Below are positions 37,873 to 51,561 of a stretch of DNA of 64,000 bases, in pieces. The notes beneath the pieces are model-generated. The model was not told the origin of the DNA. It did not search any database and saw only the letters and a program-made list of their open reading frames with translations. Position numbers and translations under genes: made by a program. Within the stretch, counting starts at the first letter, position 1, and the number at the start of each line of letters is the position of its first letter. Source of the DNA: Callorhinchus milii (Eukaryota); assembly GCF_018977255.1 (NCBI RefSeq), contig NW_024704743.1, forward strand, positions 36,644,001-36,708,000. The letters are read 5' to 3'.

Positions 37873-40544
37873 TTCTGTTGCTGTTGCTGCTTGTCATTGT
37901 TGAAACTGAAGAAATAATTAGGTTGAAAAAGTGGCAATTAGGAAATCAATAGAGTTGCTAGCACCGGTCAATGGAAAAAGTGCCTCAAGGCTTAAGCTGC
38001 GCCTCAGAAGGGAAACCAAAGTATGTCATGAGTATTTGTGAGACCTGAGTTCCAAGGTAATTTGGGATCCTAGGTGAAGTCCTGTGAGTCAGCATGGGTT
38101 TTCCTGAAAGTTGATGTGAGATCCTTTTTCCTGTGCTGAGATGCTACTGTTGCTTTCATGAGGAGGTGTATTTTTTTAAACCCCGGTGTCTGAAACTCCT
38201 CCCAGTTTAGTTCTAGTTGTGAGCTGTTCACACTAGTGCTGAGTGCCACTTTTGTCGGGAGTTTTGTTAAAGGTGAATCAACCCAAGTCTCTATAAGGTT
38301 CTCAGTGTACAGCTACAGATTAGATGACAGTTAACAACTTAATAACAATATACAATGGAACCTTGTTCAATGGGTCCATAAAATAATGAAGCAGGATAGG
38401 GCAGCTTCATTGGGCAGCTGACTGGCTTTCTCCCGTCAAGGCTGGTTCCGTGATAAAAGAAAAATGGTTGACTTCCATGTTATCCTGTTACCGCTGATAT
38501 CATTTCCTATTTGTTGTGCATCTGACATTGGTTACCTAATAACTTGCATTAACATAGCGTCCTTCACGAGGGAAAGCGTCTCGGAGCACTTAAGTCGGCA
38601 ATTTTAGTGAGCAGGCCAGCTACTTCCACATGCAGTGATGGAGTCCACAGTGGAATCAAGCTTATAACCAAATCTGTGCTATAAAGAAGGGTGTTATAAC
38701 AAGTCAAAATGTTTAACATCTGCACATTTACACTAATATTTAATGATGGCAAGGCAAAGATGAGAGTATGGATCAACACAATGTAACATCACAGTAGTTT
38801 TATTTGATATTTAAACCACTGCATACAGGACACTGCAGATTGTTGCATGCCATTTCCTTGCTTGTAAAGTTGAAAGGCTAGGATAATATTTTTCAGCGAT
38901 TGGTATGATTTATTTGTTTGTTTAAACTGCAAGTCACTGACTTACTGAGATTTTGTCGGCTTCACTTTTCAGTGTGAATGGTAAATGAGCCATTCACACT
39001 GAAAAGTATTCTACCAACAAATGTCCTGGAATAAATCTACTGAAATGCCTTAGAACATGGATAATTTAAAATGGGAATTTACCCAAGGGAAACAACTCCA
39101 AAAGTATATTTATGAAGCCCAGTTGTGTAAATTCTTTGTGATCCTGTATGGAAAAGAAAATTCCACTGATGTTTTAAATTAAATATAAATGTTTCTTCCA
39201 TTTTCTGCTCCATGATTTTAGTTTTTTTTTGTGAGTAACTTGCTTTTGATGATGTCAGGTCAAGTGGCAGTGTCTCCCACAAATACAATTGTCATTTTCC
39301 AAAACCATTTATTTGACTCCTGCTCCCTCCCTCCCCTATATATGGAACAGGCCAACTCATCCACATCATCAACTTTTTAAGTATATTTGTAATTTTATTT
39401 TCAAAACATCTGCCGCTGTTATTTTTTCCCCCTTCTCAGTTTTCTCTTCTCTTCTCCTGATGGCACTAAGAAATGCTGGCATATCGTTGTATAATAATAA
39501 TAATCCTTGCATTTGATTATAGGCATTCAAAACACTTTACAGAATATACCGTAAAGTGAATTGACTGTATATTTTGTGGGCAAAATGGGTGTCAATTACT
39601 CTCCAAAAGTGGCTATCTTTAATTTATGAGTCTAAACAGTGAATGTCAGTCAGCAGGTTACATGACCACATCAGGCGTCACAGCTGGACTTTACAAATGG
39701 GATGAAGAAAAGCCTTCTGCTGCATGCCCAGGAGCTCAGAATTATGAAGAAGAACTGAATTTACACACATCTTAACCACATCAAAAGTTTAATCTGCATT
39801 GGACTTTACTATTCTTGAAGAGAGTCAAGGATGACCAGTCTCCTTCACCCCTTCTTAGCACGGTCCCAAAGGACAATGTCCAGGCACAACCCTCACATAT
39901 CACTGGGAACCTGTGCTATGAAATGTTGAATCAAGATTTTTTTTAGTTTCTATCCATCTGCTTTCCACTGCTCCAGAGTGGGGAGCTGGAGTTGTCAGAT
40001 TCGCTTCTACCTCTTACCCTGCTATTGTAGCAGTTAACAGTGTGATGATATTTATTCCTATAACTGATTGCAGAAAACCAGATAAATTGAGAATGAGATA
40101 ACTGCTTCCTTGTTCCCAATCCCTGGTCTAGGATTTACACAGGTCGATTACTCGCCACTGTGCTTTGTGAATTTTAAATAAATACAATGTGGTTCCTAAA
40201 GCGCACAGAAAATAATTATGTGTGGGTGAGGTTTTCTTGAGTGAGAAACAGGTGCCGTAAAGAAGAGAACTGGGATCATTGAGGGAGTAAAGAAATTGGT
40301 TTATTCGTTACACTTTTTACAGTTATTTAGGGTAAATGTTTTAATGGACTTTTAAAGCTCCCCTGGACTGTATATTTCTCAATTCACATGCCAGGCTCCT
40401 GACAACTTTTAGCTTGACTTCTATAGCTCAGTAACACCACACATGACGCATTTACTCAATGAAGCATCTATGCCTTTTTTGTATTCAATAGAATATCTTA
40501 AATAATAATAAATAAAAATAATACTTAATAAATAATAATACATA

Positions 40545-40730
40545 ATAAAATAATAAATTGATCACTCAATCCACAACTGTTTGTGGGACACTGCTCTGCG
40601 CAATTGGCTGCCGCATTTCGCCCGTAAAATATAGTCAATTCACTTTACAGTATAGTCTGTGAAGCGCTTTGAGACATCTCGAAGATGTGATAAGGTGCTA
40701 TGTCAAACTCCAATAATTATTATTGTTATT
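40545..40730 (+). mobile_element. 5'-truncated tRNA-SINE
   Basis: cactcaatccacaactgtttgtgggacactgc...gaagcgctttgagacatctcg. Confidence 0.8.
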
Positions 40731-41960
40731 ATCTTAATCCAAATAAATATTATTAACCCAGCTCTTCACTGACCTTTACATTACGTGAATTCTTCTACTG
40801 TATGACATTGATTCATTAGAATTTAGAGAACTTACAGATGTTACATGATATCTTCCGCTTAGTTCAGAAGGCTCTGTCTTCAAATGGTTAATTAGAAGTG
40901 ACATTCGGACTAGTTTAATGTAAAATGTATCCTTCAATTCATTGCTTGGTTCCTGTATCCACTTGCATTGTGAAAAGAACGATAATTGGTGACCCAAGAT
41001 GACAGTGCTTCCGATTAAATTTAATATTTTTCTATAACGTATTATACTATATGTGCAATGAATGACTGTGGAAAGACTGTCAGAATTTGCCCGCATATTG
41101 TCAGACAATTGCTAATGAATAATTTCCACATCTCACCATCTACTGAATGGTAATGAACACTGGATACTTATGGAGCGATTGACTGATGCAATAATTGGGC
41201 AACTAAAAACTTCTTTTTCACTTTACAGCCAGAGAACTTGCAATTGACTTATTTTGTAAATGTAGGTTAATATAATTGATATGAATGCACTTCTTGTTAA
41301 CATTAGAGTGTTTATATAATAATATTTTAGACTTGCAGCCTATTAGCAAAGAAATGAACTGCACTAATGAGGAATTGGTCGGACTCAGAGGCCCTCAGGC
41401 TCATTCCCTCCTGTCTTTCAAGGCACATCTGAAAACATACTTCTTTAACTACACTTTCAGACATCTTTCCCCTCCCCACCCACTTGGCTCCTACTCCAAG
41501 TTACGGTGCCTATTTAGTAATATGAAGCGCTTTTGAGACGTCTTCCGATATGACAGGTACTATATAAATGTAAATTGTATTTTTCCTGTCCAACTTGTCC
41601 ACTCAACCCATTAGGGCTTTGGCTTTCAGAGTTAACAGAAGCTGAGTGGGAATTTTTTTTTGGTCTAACACATGCGGGAACCCATCCAAAGGACCTCCAA
41701 TAATGCTAGTGTTCTCTCAGCCCTGTCCTGGAGTGTCAGTCTGGACTACGTGAGTTTAAAGTCCCTAATCGTGGCTTGAACCCAGAATTTTCTGACAGAG
41801 GCAAGCCAATTGAATCAGGCTGATGCACTGTAATGTATTGTATTGCAATGAACATGTTTCTGAGTGCTTAATTCTCAACCATTTTCATCGAAAACAGTAT
41901 ATATCCACCGTGTCCATGCAACTAGGATAATTTGACTTACAAAAGTTTTTTTTTCAATAG

Positions 41961-42082
41961 GTGGTATTATTTCTGCACTCTCCAGTGTTGCTGGACGTAA
42001 ACATCCATCAACTGTTCAAGCCAAACATTTGAAGATGTGCCTTCCTATGATGCCTGTAGTTCTTCATCTTGTGACAGCTCAG
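41961..42082 (+). CDS. ULK4: ULK4 internal coding exon (122 nt, phase 1-0)
   Basis: aatag|GT GGT...CAG|gtaat; (G)GIISALSSVAGRKHPSTVQAKHLKMCLPMMPVVLHLVTAQ. Confidence 0.95.
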
Positions 42083-42187
42083 GTAATTTTTTATTTATTG
42101 GAAAAGCCTAGCTGAATAATAATATTCCTTGCATTTGATATAGCGCCTTATATAGCATAGTTTACAGTGTGGTACACTGTCTAGTTT

Positions 42188-42560
42188 ATGTCCATGCTTT
42201 TGTCACTTCCCGGCTGGACTATTCCAATATCCTCCTTGTTGGTCTCCCCATCACACCAGTCCTCGCCAGGCTCCACCAGTTCCAATTACCAAACGGATCG
42301 ATTTCAAGATCCTCTCACTTGTTTTCAAAATGCCTTCATGTCCTCACGCCTATCTGATCTGTTTACCCACTACTCCACCAGTTGCCTCCCCCCTGCTGGC
42401 TTCAGCCACCTGTTTGTCCCTCGTCCCCTCTGCTCCACAATCGGTGGCCGTGCCTTCAGCCACTATGCCCCGATACTCTGGAACTCTTTCCCTCAATCCC
42501 TCCACCTTGCCCCCTCCCTCCCCACATTCAAATCCCGCTTAACATGTCATGACCATGTCT
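42188..42560 (+). mobile_element. L2-like LINE 3' fragment
   Basis: HAFVTSRLDYSNILLVGLP, STIGGRAFSHYAPILWNS. Confidence 0.85.
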
Positions 42561-42949
42561 ATAGATTATAGTGTGATACACTGCCTATTTTATTGTACAG
42601 CCCCCAAGCTCCATAATGTAGCATGACGTCAAGGTTGAAAAGGATAGTAGAGAAAACAAGATGTGGTTAGATTGATACCTAGTTTGGGTTTTAAATGTTT
42701 GTGGATTGTAGAAGGAAGGGAAGACTGAGAGAACTTCTGGGAAAGAATGAGATGAAGTAGAAGACAATGTAATGTAGTCTTAATTTCAGTTCAATTAGAG
42801 TTATCATATTCTGTTTACTATTTATAGAGAAATATTTGTGCCTAATTAGAATTCAATCCACACAATAGCTATAGATAATAAATAGCACTTCAATCTCAAT
42901 GAGGATAAGGGAAAGGAAAAAGAGTGTGTTGGATCTATACTCTATACGT

Positions 42950-43145
42950 ACATGAGTGGTGGCTAAGCAGAATCCATATTGGCCTTCAAGATGGAACTAG
43001 ACAAATGCCTTAAAAAGAGTCAACCACAAGGGTATATGAAAAGGACAGGTAACCAGGACTGAAAGGATTGCTCTTGAGGGAGCTGACACAGACACGAGGG
43101 GCCAAATGGCCTTCTTGTGAGACATACATTTCTATGGTTCTATGC
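42950..43145 (+). mobile_element. CR1 LINE 3' end
   Basis: gccttcaagatggaactagacaaatgc...gagctgacacagacacgaggggccaaatggcc...ttctatggttctatg. Confidence 0.7.
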
Positions 43146-43689
43146 ACTGAGTAAACTCTTGGTTCATTGGCGATATGAAATTTTGTTTGTTTTATACTCT
43201 CTAATTATAGGTACAAGTCACTAGTTGATCTTTGACTTTATCCGGTGTTAAACTGATTATTTTGTGAAATACTGCAGCAGTATTGGAACTGACAGCACTG
43301 GCTTAGTCATGTGTGTCTACTCCTTCATAGTTATCTAACCTTTAAAGGGCATTCATTTGATGGCTGAGTGAGAATGAACTGGATTAAATTATCAAAGACT
43401 TGCTTGCCACAGATTCATTATCTGCATGTGCTTATGACCAACATATTGATATAAAAAAGGCAAAATAACGATTGGTATGTAATTGCCCCTGTGACAAATT
43501 CTGGTTGAATGGCCCAGACTGAGATTGGAAATCTCCCTGCCTCCTGGCCAGTGACAACCTATAGTCTCCAGTACTTCTATACCACAGAACTACACCTAAT
43601 TTTACATTAAATTTGGCAATCCAACTCATGCCAAAAAGATGAATGATGTGGAGAATGGAAATGTAATACTGGTGCAGTAAGGCGTGCTC

Positions 43690-43875
43690 TTTTGAGGTTG
43701 GGGCAAAGGCAGAATGTTGGGCAGCAAAGATTGTTTTGCAGCTGGATGTGCTATTCCTGACCTTGGGAGTCTGATACTCTCAGTTCTTTCAGTCGTCTAC
43801 AATTTATACACCAGTGCCTGAAATAGAAAAATTTCCCAGCACCAACATCCTTCATCTTGCTGAGCGTGAAATTTT
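43690..43875 (+). mobile_element. Old SINE 3' part, LF-SINE-like (tentative)
   Basis: tgctattcctgacc...cccagcaccaacatccttcatcttgctgagcgtgaaatt; similar piece at ~54850-55012. Confidence 0.4.
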
Positions 43876-44594
43876 AAAAAAAAAGAAAATATGGTTGCAA
43901 TCAAGAAAAGGAGATATTGAATTCCAGTGAGCAAATGTACACTAAACCTTTCAGGTTTACACTTTAGAAATCTTCAAGGCAAAAACGTTTGAAACTGTTT
44001 CTTTGCAGTGGCTGCTCAAAGTGCTTTGTGCCCACACATTAGAACAGCTATGTAAAGCCTAAGGTATTTCCACTGGCTTGAATGAATACCAAAAATAATA
44101 GCAGGAAATGATATGTTTTGGAAAATATTCATGGAAGGTAGGATGCAATTGAGACCGTCTCTTTCCAAAAGAAAACATTTCAGACCTTGTTTCTTCTGAG
44201 TTGCTTTGAACTCGGTGACCATTTTAAAAAAAAGTCCTGTAAACAGTTTATTTTAGTCTGTGCCCAAACTAATATTTTAAATATTATAGGTACTAGTTCC
44301 AGATGTTCTTGCACCTGTAATTGTAATATAACACCGAGGATGTGTTTACTATTGAAAGATCTAGGCATATTGTGCACTTTGTGACTTTTCTTGGTAACTT
44401 ATCCTCTTGTGTCAATATTTTTATCAAGGGGTGTGGGGGCAGGGATTGGGTGAATTTTATGTTCGATAAGTTAGGAATATCATGTGGGATAATTTATATT
44501 TCTCTGTTTTACTTTTGCTCTCAACATTCAAACATCAAGTATAAAACAGTTCAAGTACATTGACATGTTTCATCTGCTTTGCCAGCAATGTATC

Positions 44595-45220
44595 TTTTGA
44601 TCACACTGTGTGAAATAGCCCAATCAGCTATTTTTTGAAGGATTCCTGAAAAAAATGGCAATGTAGTGTCTACATTTGTGCCATTGTGTATTGTGGACTG
44701 TTGCTCGTGAGAATCCAATCCAAATTCACTTAATTTAAGACTTACACCATTGCGGACAGGGATTTGCCTCATTCAGTTCTGTTAACGCTGCAAGCCAAAG
44801 TTCTAATGGGTAGGGTGGTCCTAACTGGGCAAGTAGCTGATACTTTAACAGACAGTGCTCTCAATGTGGTTTTAACTGGTTAAATCAACACCACACAGTA
44901 GGTTCCCCAAGCCAAGCTACGTCTAATACTCTCTGGAATTGGGTAATCAGGGTGCACATTCCATTCCAGATACAGGAACATTGCCATGTGTCGGTGGCAT
45001 ACAACAACAACAATAATAATAATAATAATAATCCTTGCACTTGATATAGCGCTTTATCACATTGCTGAGACGTCCCAAAGCGCTTCACAGGATATCCTGT
45101 AAAGTGGAATGACTGCGTATTTTGTGGGCAGCTAATTGCGCACAGCAGAATGTGGAACTCTATCTGATTTGGATACTCTTAAGAATAGTGACAGTTTTCG
45201 CATGTATCAGACCACCCAAA
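44595..45220 (+). mobile_element. Variant of the unclassified LINE 3' region, split by a minus-strand SINE tail (~45001-45150)
   Basis: Collinear with 61210-61730 from cactgtgtgaaatagcccaa onward. Confidence 0.75.
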
Positions 45221-45368
45221 TGAACAAAATAATCTTACACTCAGCAAAAAAAATAGAACTGATCCCAACTGTCTGCAGTGAATTCAAACCAGAATATAAG
45301 CTCAGTGTGCTAACCCACTGCTTCTCTCAGTCCTTTTGTCAGAAATGGTTTTAGTAAATTCTCCAGCT

Positions 45369-45723
45369 ATAATAATAATCCTTGCATTTGATATAGCACT
45401 TTTCACATCTTCTAGACGTGTCAAAGTGCTTCACAGAATGTACCATAAAGGGAATTGACTGTATATTTTATGGGCGAAATGCGGCAGCCAAGTGCACACA
45501 GCAGTGTCCCACAAACAGTTGTGGCTTGAGTGACCAAATTATTATTATTTTTTTAAGGGAATATCACCCCCAGAAAAGCCATCCGCCAATCGACTAACAG
45601 CCGGGTTCCTACTTACTGTTAGGTAAACAGAGGCGTTTGGAGTAAGGATCCTTGCTCAGCGTTTCGCCCTGCCCAGGAATCAAACCCAGGTCCTCTTGTT
45701 TACGAGGCGAGTGCTCTAACCAC
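45369..45723 (-). mobile_element. tRNA-derived SINE, long subfamily
   Basis: Head gtggttagagcactcgcc, ctgtttacctaacagtaagtaggaacccgg block, (att)n tail. Confidence 0.9.
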
Positions 45724-45837
45724 GAAAGTTCAGGATTGCATGATATTAAGAATATTCAGGAGAGTTGAGAGTTGGTGCTGCCAAAATTCTTTAATAGTGA
45801 TGCTAAAATTGTGCATTATAAACAATCTGTTTTCCAG

Positions 45838-45894
45838 GTGTTCCGGCCCCAGATTGTAACAAAGGAATTTCTTGTCAACTGGGGTTCGTTGCTT
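45838..45894 (+). CDS. ULK4: ULK4 internal coding exon (57 nt, phase 0-0)
   Basis: tccag|GTG...CTT|gtaagt; VFRPQIVTKEFLVNWGSLL vs human VFRPQVVTEEFLFSYGTIL. Confidence 0.93.
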
Positions 45895-47399
45895 GTAAGT
45901 AAAGTATTGCAATACTTATTATTGTAAATAACAAAGAATTCTGATCACTATGCCTTTTAGAAGACATTAACTGATGGCCTGAAATGTGGGCAATGTTAAT
46001 TCAAGGTTTATTGGTGTTCCCCTGTTGTCCTTGCAAGTACCCTGGGTGTAGAAACATCAGCTGAAAATATTAAAGGAAAATCAGTTGATGTTGAGGAAAA
46101 GCGACTGCCAGCAATTACATTTTAAACTGCAGAACTAGCCAGAAACATGATTGTGCATCATCTACTCTTTATCAAAAAGTAACCATTCTGCTAGTTTGGG
46201 GAGAGATGCTGCTGTGCAGAAATCAATAATTTCCATCAGGAAAACAGGCAGCTAGTGAATTCTTTTCCATCTAGTCATATTTATTAAGCAGATCTGAAAA
46301 AGATTTCAGCAATATTAAGTTGCCAGTATGGCTCCGGTTAACTGTGACTGAACCAGAGATTTGAATTCTAGGCAGAGGATGGATCTCGCTTTTGAAGAGT
46401 TCTTTAACATTTAAAATTCTTTGCTCTTTTGGTTGGGCTTTTTGGGTCAGTCAATTTAGCATTTCATTTTCTTATTTAACCTATCCTCGATTTCCAATTT
46501 TTTATCACTATTAAGACTTAAATCCACAATTATCTGCCAAAGAGGAGAAAGCTACAAACTCAGTCCAACTGACAGCTTGACATGCATTGCATGTTCCTAT
46601 TGCAAGATTAGGTAAATTCCCAGAAACATCTATAATTGGGAAAGAGGCTTCCAGTCACTGTTTTGCATTAAAACCAGCTTTCAGGAATTTTATTTATTTA
46701 TTTTACAACAGGACTTTGAACTTACAGTGTATACTGAAACCAATGCAGTACTGTCAGCATGCCGTAGTGTAGGACATGCTATCCTTTGGTTGATATTTTA
46801 AACAGTCCTGTTAGATGGACACACAATTCAAAATTCAAAAAGAGTTTTTCCTGGTGTTCTAGCCACTAATCCCCCAGATAAAATTAGTCACTCAATTCAT
46901 GGCTGTTTGTAGGATGTTGATGATGTCTGCCACATACAACTACAAAGTATACAGGTAGTGCACTTTACAGTAAATTCTCTGAAGTGCTTTGAAACATCCT
47001 TTCGATGTGAAAGGCACTTTATCAAATTTAAGGAACACTATTTTATTCTAATGCAGATCCTGATGTATTAACAACTAAAATTTCAGTGCTCATAGATTTC
47101 AGTTTGTGGCAAGTAGATTTATTTCTCCTTAATTTTCAGATGTTCCTAATTGATGGGACTCCAGATACAGAATTCTCCCCCATTCTAAATCCACTGGAGG
47201 GGCTCAGTCCCCCAGCTCCAGCACTTGTCAGTGTTAATCCACTAAACATCATCTTCTGTCTCATAATGGCTAAGCCATTACATTTACTGACAATCAGGTC
47301 ATCTATCTCATTGTTCAAAACTTACAGACAAACAGAAGTCTATTTTTGGTAAATCTGTCCTGAATGCAATATAAATGCAACATCTATCCTGAATGCAAC

Positions 47400-48652
47400 A
47401 CAAACTGTCTCCTCCATCCACCTTCCCATGCCTCGCCCATCCTCCCGTCAAACTCCAACTTGTGAGGAGATGTTGGACTTCCTCAAATCCAAAATCGAGG
47501 GGATACATTCAGCTACCTCAGCCCCGTCCACAGCTACCCCCACATCACCTTTCCCTCATGACCCAGCCCCCACACATCACCCCCTATACTCCTTCGACCC
47601 TGTCTCTCCCTCCTCCCTCACCACGACTGTCTACAAACTCAAACCCACTACCTGCTCCCTCAATCCCATCCCCACCTCTCTCCTCATCTCCCAGCTCCAA
47701 CTTCTGACCCCTCTCCTGTCCGACGTCATCAACCTTTCCCTGTCCACTGGTTCAGTTTCCATCCCCCTAAAAAAAGCCATCATCACCGCCATCCTGAAAA
47801 AACCTTTCCTGGACCCATCTCTCCTCTCCAGCTACCACCCTATCTCTAACTTCCCATTCCTCTCCAAGGTCCTGGAACAAGTCGTCGCGTCCCAGCTCCT
47901 CTCCTTTCTCTCCCGCCATTCCCTCTTTGAACCCCTCCATTCCAGCTTCTGCGCTGCCCACAGCACAGAAACAGCCCTGGTCAAAGTCACTAATGACATT
48001 CTGAACATCTGTGATCAGGGCTCCCTCTGCCTCCTTGTCCACCTCGATCTCTTTGCCGCCTTCAATGCCGTCGACCACTCCATCCTCATACACCGTCTCT
48101 CCGCTTTACTCAATCTTCACGGATCTGCCCTTGCCTGGTTCGATTCCTATCTCTCTCACCATCTCCACTTTGTTGCCTCTACTGGTTTCTCCTCCAGCCT
48201 CCACACTGTCACGTCTGGCATTTCCCAGGGCTCTATCCTTGGCCCTCTCCTCTTTAATATCTACATGCTCCCTCTTGGTGACATCATCCGCAGACATGGG
48301 GTCAACTTCCAATATGTATGCGGATGACACCCAACTCTATCTTTCTGGCTCTGGCCTGCTCCACATCCCCCGGACCACCCGCCCCACCATTGGCGGGAGA
48401 GCCTTCAGCTACTCTGGCCCCAATCTCTGGAATTCCATCCCCCAATCACTCCGCCTCGCCCCCTCCATAGCCTCCTTCAAGTCCCGCCTCAAAACCCTCC
48501 TCTTCGACCATGCCATCGGTCACTCCCCTTACCCTCCCTTCCCTTCTCCCTCCCTGACCCCAGCTCGGGTCTGAAATGCTGTACACTGTTCAGTGCCTTG
48601 GGACGTCCTCCTGACATGAAAGGCGCTATACAAATTTAATCTTGTTGTTGTC
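47400..48652 (+). mobile_element. L2-like LINE, relatively young, RT with internal deletion, intact 3' tail
   Basis: 299-aa ORF 47428-48327 (HSTETALVKVTND, DLFAAFNAVDH, GISQGSILGPLLFNIYM); frameshift to YADDTQLYLS fused to GSGLLHIPR; (ttg)n tail. Confidence 0.93.
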
Positions 48653-48729
48653 GTAAATGTTGCCAAATTTACAGTAGTGTAGCCCTTTGAATCTCTTCCT
48701 TTGACGTTTGATTCTTGATTTGTTTTCAG

Positions 48730-48781
48730 ACTCACATTAAATCGGTGGATTGTGGGGAAACTAATTTAGATAGTGCAGTAG
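48730..48781 (+). CDS. ULK4: ULK4 internal coding exon (52 nt, phase 0-1)
   Basis: ttcag|ACT...GTA G|gtatg; THIKSVDCGETNLDSAV(G) vs human SHIKSVDSGETNIDGAIG. Confidence 0.93.
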
Positions 48782-50089
48782 GTATGTACATCAACAGTAT
48801 CATATTTTTAGAAAAAACATATATATACTTCCTCATTCATTTAACCTCTACATTCAATTAGAATATTGTTATGCCGCAGGAGAAAACAATGGGAAGCTTT
48901 CTCTGTCCCGAGCAGTTCAGTGATGATTCTGTTATTTTAAGACCTCAATCTGGGTTGTGCCTTGGCTTTATTTCTTCTGTCAATGCTGAGACTTCTATAT
49001 TCTGTCCCATCAATACAACTTTGACATTCCTGTTTAACAGTTCTCTTATCTGTTGACAGAGAGAATGACATCAACACTACTAACACTCTTAAAGAGGAGT
49101 TTTCTTCAAATTGATATTGAGTTTCCTCAATGTTTGTACAGTAAACCTCACATAAGTCATATCAGTTGGCACCATACATGTAATATGACTTATGCAAAGT
49201 ATAAGTTATGTTAAACCTGTATAAGCCGTATCATATATGACTTATGTAAAATTATGTATAAGTCGAATTTTATATGACTAACACATAACAATTACACAAT
49301 TACTGAACTGGCTGGTGACATAAGGTAAGCTTTATTTACCATGCTTAACGCTTGCATATTAAACTATGGTAGCCCATTCTTTCCCTATACAGTAAGGCAC
49401 CATACAAACTGCTTCACACACTTCCCTCCTCTCTTTCTCCCTCTCTTAATTACTATCTCTCTCCCTCCCTCCCTCTCTCTGTTTCTCTCTCTTCTCCCTC
49501 TCCCTCAATTACTCTCAAAATCCTTGCACCAATGTTTTGTACCAACGAGTAGTGGCTCACTGCAGCCTATCCTGATCGGGCCAATTCTGATTTCTTTGGC
49601 CACCAGCCAATGCCGTTTCCTAGTTTAAAAAGAGTACCTCAGATCTCCCCAGAGATTGACTCTTCCACCACCTGTCTTCGCTGTCTTTCATCATTGCAAA
49701 ATATTTCCAAGTGTGGAGCCTGTTTCAAACTCAAGATGAGAGCTGAACACGGCAAACTATTTTGCTCGAAGGCAATTCAAGCTGCATGGATGTCAAAGCT
49801 CAGCATTTCTTACTGCTAAAAGATCTTGCAATCAACCTGGGCACTGAAGCACTGCTGCATTCCCTGGACAGTTAGATAATCGAGAGTGAGCAGGACCACT
49901 AAACAAAGATGCACCACTTGATCAACAGTGCCATGTTCTGTCTGGTCTTAAACAGCGAGGGAGAGAGCACTACAGTGGCTGAAATTCCTAATCAACACTG
50001 ATCACAAATTACCCTAACCTGTAGGTTTGGCCGAAGCTGCTTCTAACCAAGTGACCAGCATGTTTGGATTGCCAATTCCTTTGAGACAA

Positions 50090-50396
50090 TTCAATTCCTG
50101 AGTAGGGCGAAATCTTGGCAAGTTTCCTTACTCCATACTCCTCTGTTTACCGAGTAGACTAAGAACCTGGTTGTTAGTCGATTGGCGGATTGCTTTCCGG
50201 GGGGAATAATCCTTTCAAAAATGCAATAAAAGAAATGTGGTCACTCAGTCCACAACTGCTTGTGCACAATTGTCTACCAAGTTTCGCCCATAAAATACGC
50301 AGTAAATCCACTTTACGATATATTCTGTGAAGCGCTTTGAGACTTCTCAATGATGTGATAAGCCACTATATCAAATGCAGATTATTATTATTATTA
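50090..50396 (+). mobile_element. tRNA-derived SINE, long subfamily, head eroded
   Basis: gggcgaaatcttggcaagtttccttactcc...ggttgttagtcgattggcggat...(att)n. Confidence 0.85.
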
Positions 50397-51561
50397 ATCC
50401 CTGCCTCCATAGTTGGTGCACAATTCAGCTCCAGAACTGGTGTTGACCTACATCGACAAAATTAAATTCAGAAATTATCATCACTGGAACTGTAAAAAAG
50501 ATTAGGCCAGTAAAACTCAGTCCCTAAAACCATGTGGATTGTTTTTCACCAATCCTAGAAACTAGAGACTGAATTTTATTATGCTCAATCTCCTACACGC
50601 AGTACCACCAGAAGACTGAGTAGTTGCTGTTGAGAAACCCAAGCTTCAGATTTAATGCCAGCCAGGGAGACCACCAATGCAAGACTACTACCATGCAGTC
50701 TGAATTTTTCTCCCAGGGTCTTTGCCAAGTACCTATCAATAATAGATCTCTTGTTGAGATAACAAGATCTATGCATTCACATAATCTGGACAACTAATGT
50801 GAAAATCATTGGGGGATACGCAGCCCAGAAGGTCTTAATGCCATTGAAATATCTGAAAATTGCAATTGAGAGAAATTCTAATTGACCCAACCCAATGTCT
50901 AATATTGTAGGGGTTTGTTTTGAATATATCCTTTCTGTTGGACATATTTGTTCCTATTTAAGTACAATTTGTTACAGACCAATGTGCGAAGGATTTCTCC
51001 TGAGGCCATCTGCAAGATGTCTACCTAGTGCAGTATTCATGTGATTATTAATATGTATCAACTCGTGTTGCTGGCTCCAAGATGTAAATTTTCAGAGTGC
51101 TAGGGCTGATTTTTAAACTCTTTGGTGTTTTTAAGAGCACCTTAAATGAGTGATGAAGAATTTAAGATAATCCTCATTCTTTAAGTGAAGTTTCAGGTTC
51201 CGCAAACAAACCACCCTCCAACCAACTCTACATTTCTTTTTCTGACTTAGAATGGCCTGAAGCTGCTTTGCTGTTTTATTGTGTTATATTTCAGTCCTCT
51301 GATTGATCCTTGGGATTCTGAGTGCTGACTCCTCTGGTCAAAGGAATTAGGGCTTGATAAAGAAATAGGCCTTCTATATCGCAGAGTGGTTGAAGATAAA
51401 CTGACCCCAGAAGGGATTAGTATTCCCAGCCTTTTTTCCTGCTAATAGGTTAATAGCAATATCCCATTTGTATGTGGAAGTTAAACTGTCAGGGTATTGG
51501 ATATTTACCCTGAAGAGGCCACTCATTAACTATTTAAGTAATTATATCAATTTGTCATTAG

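Noticed and set aside
47428..48327. 299-aa ORF as a possible domesticated RT gene
   Set aside because: Frameshift just before YADD, internal deletion and intact LINE tail indicate a dead L2 copy.
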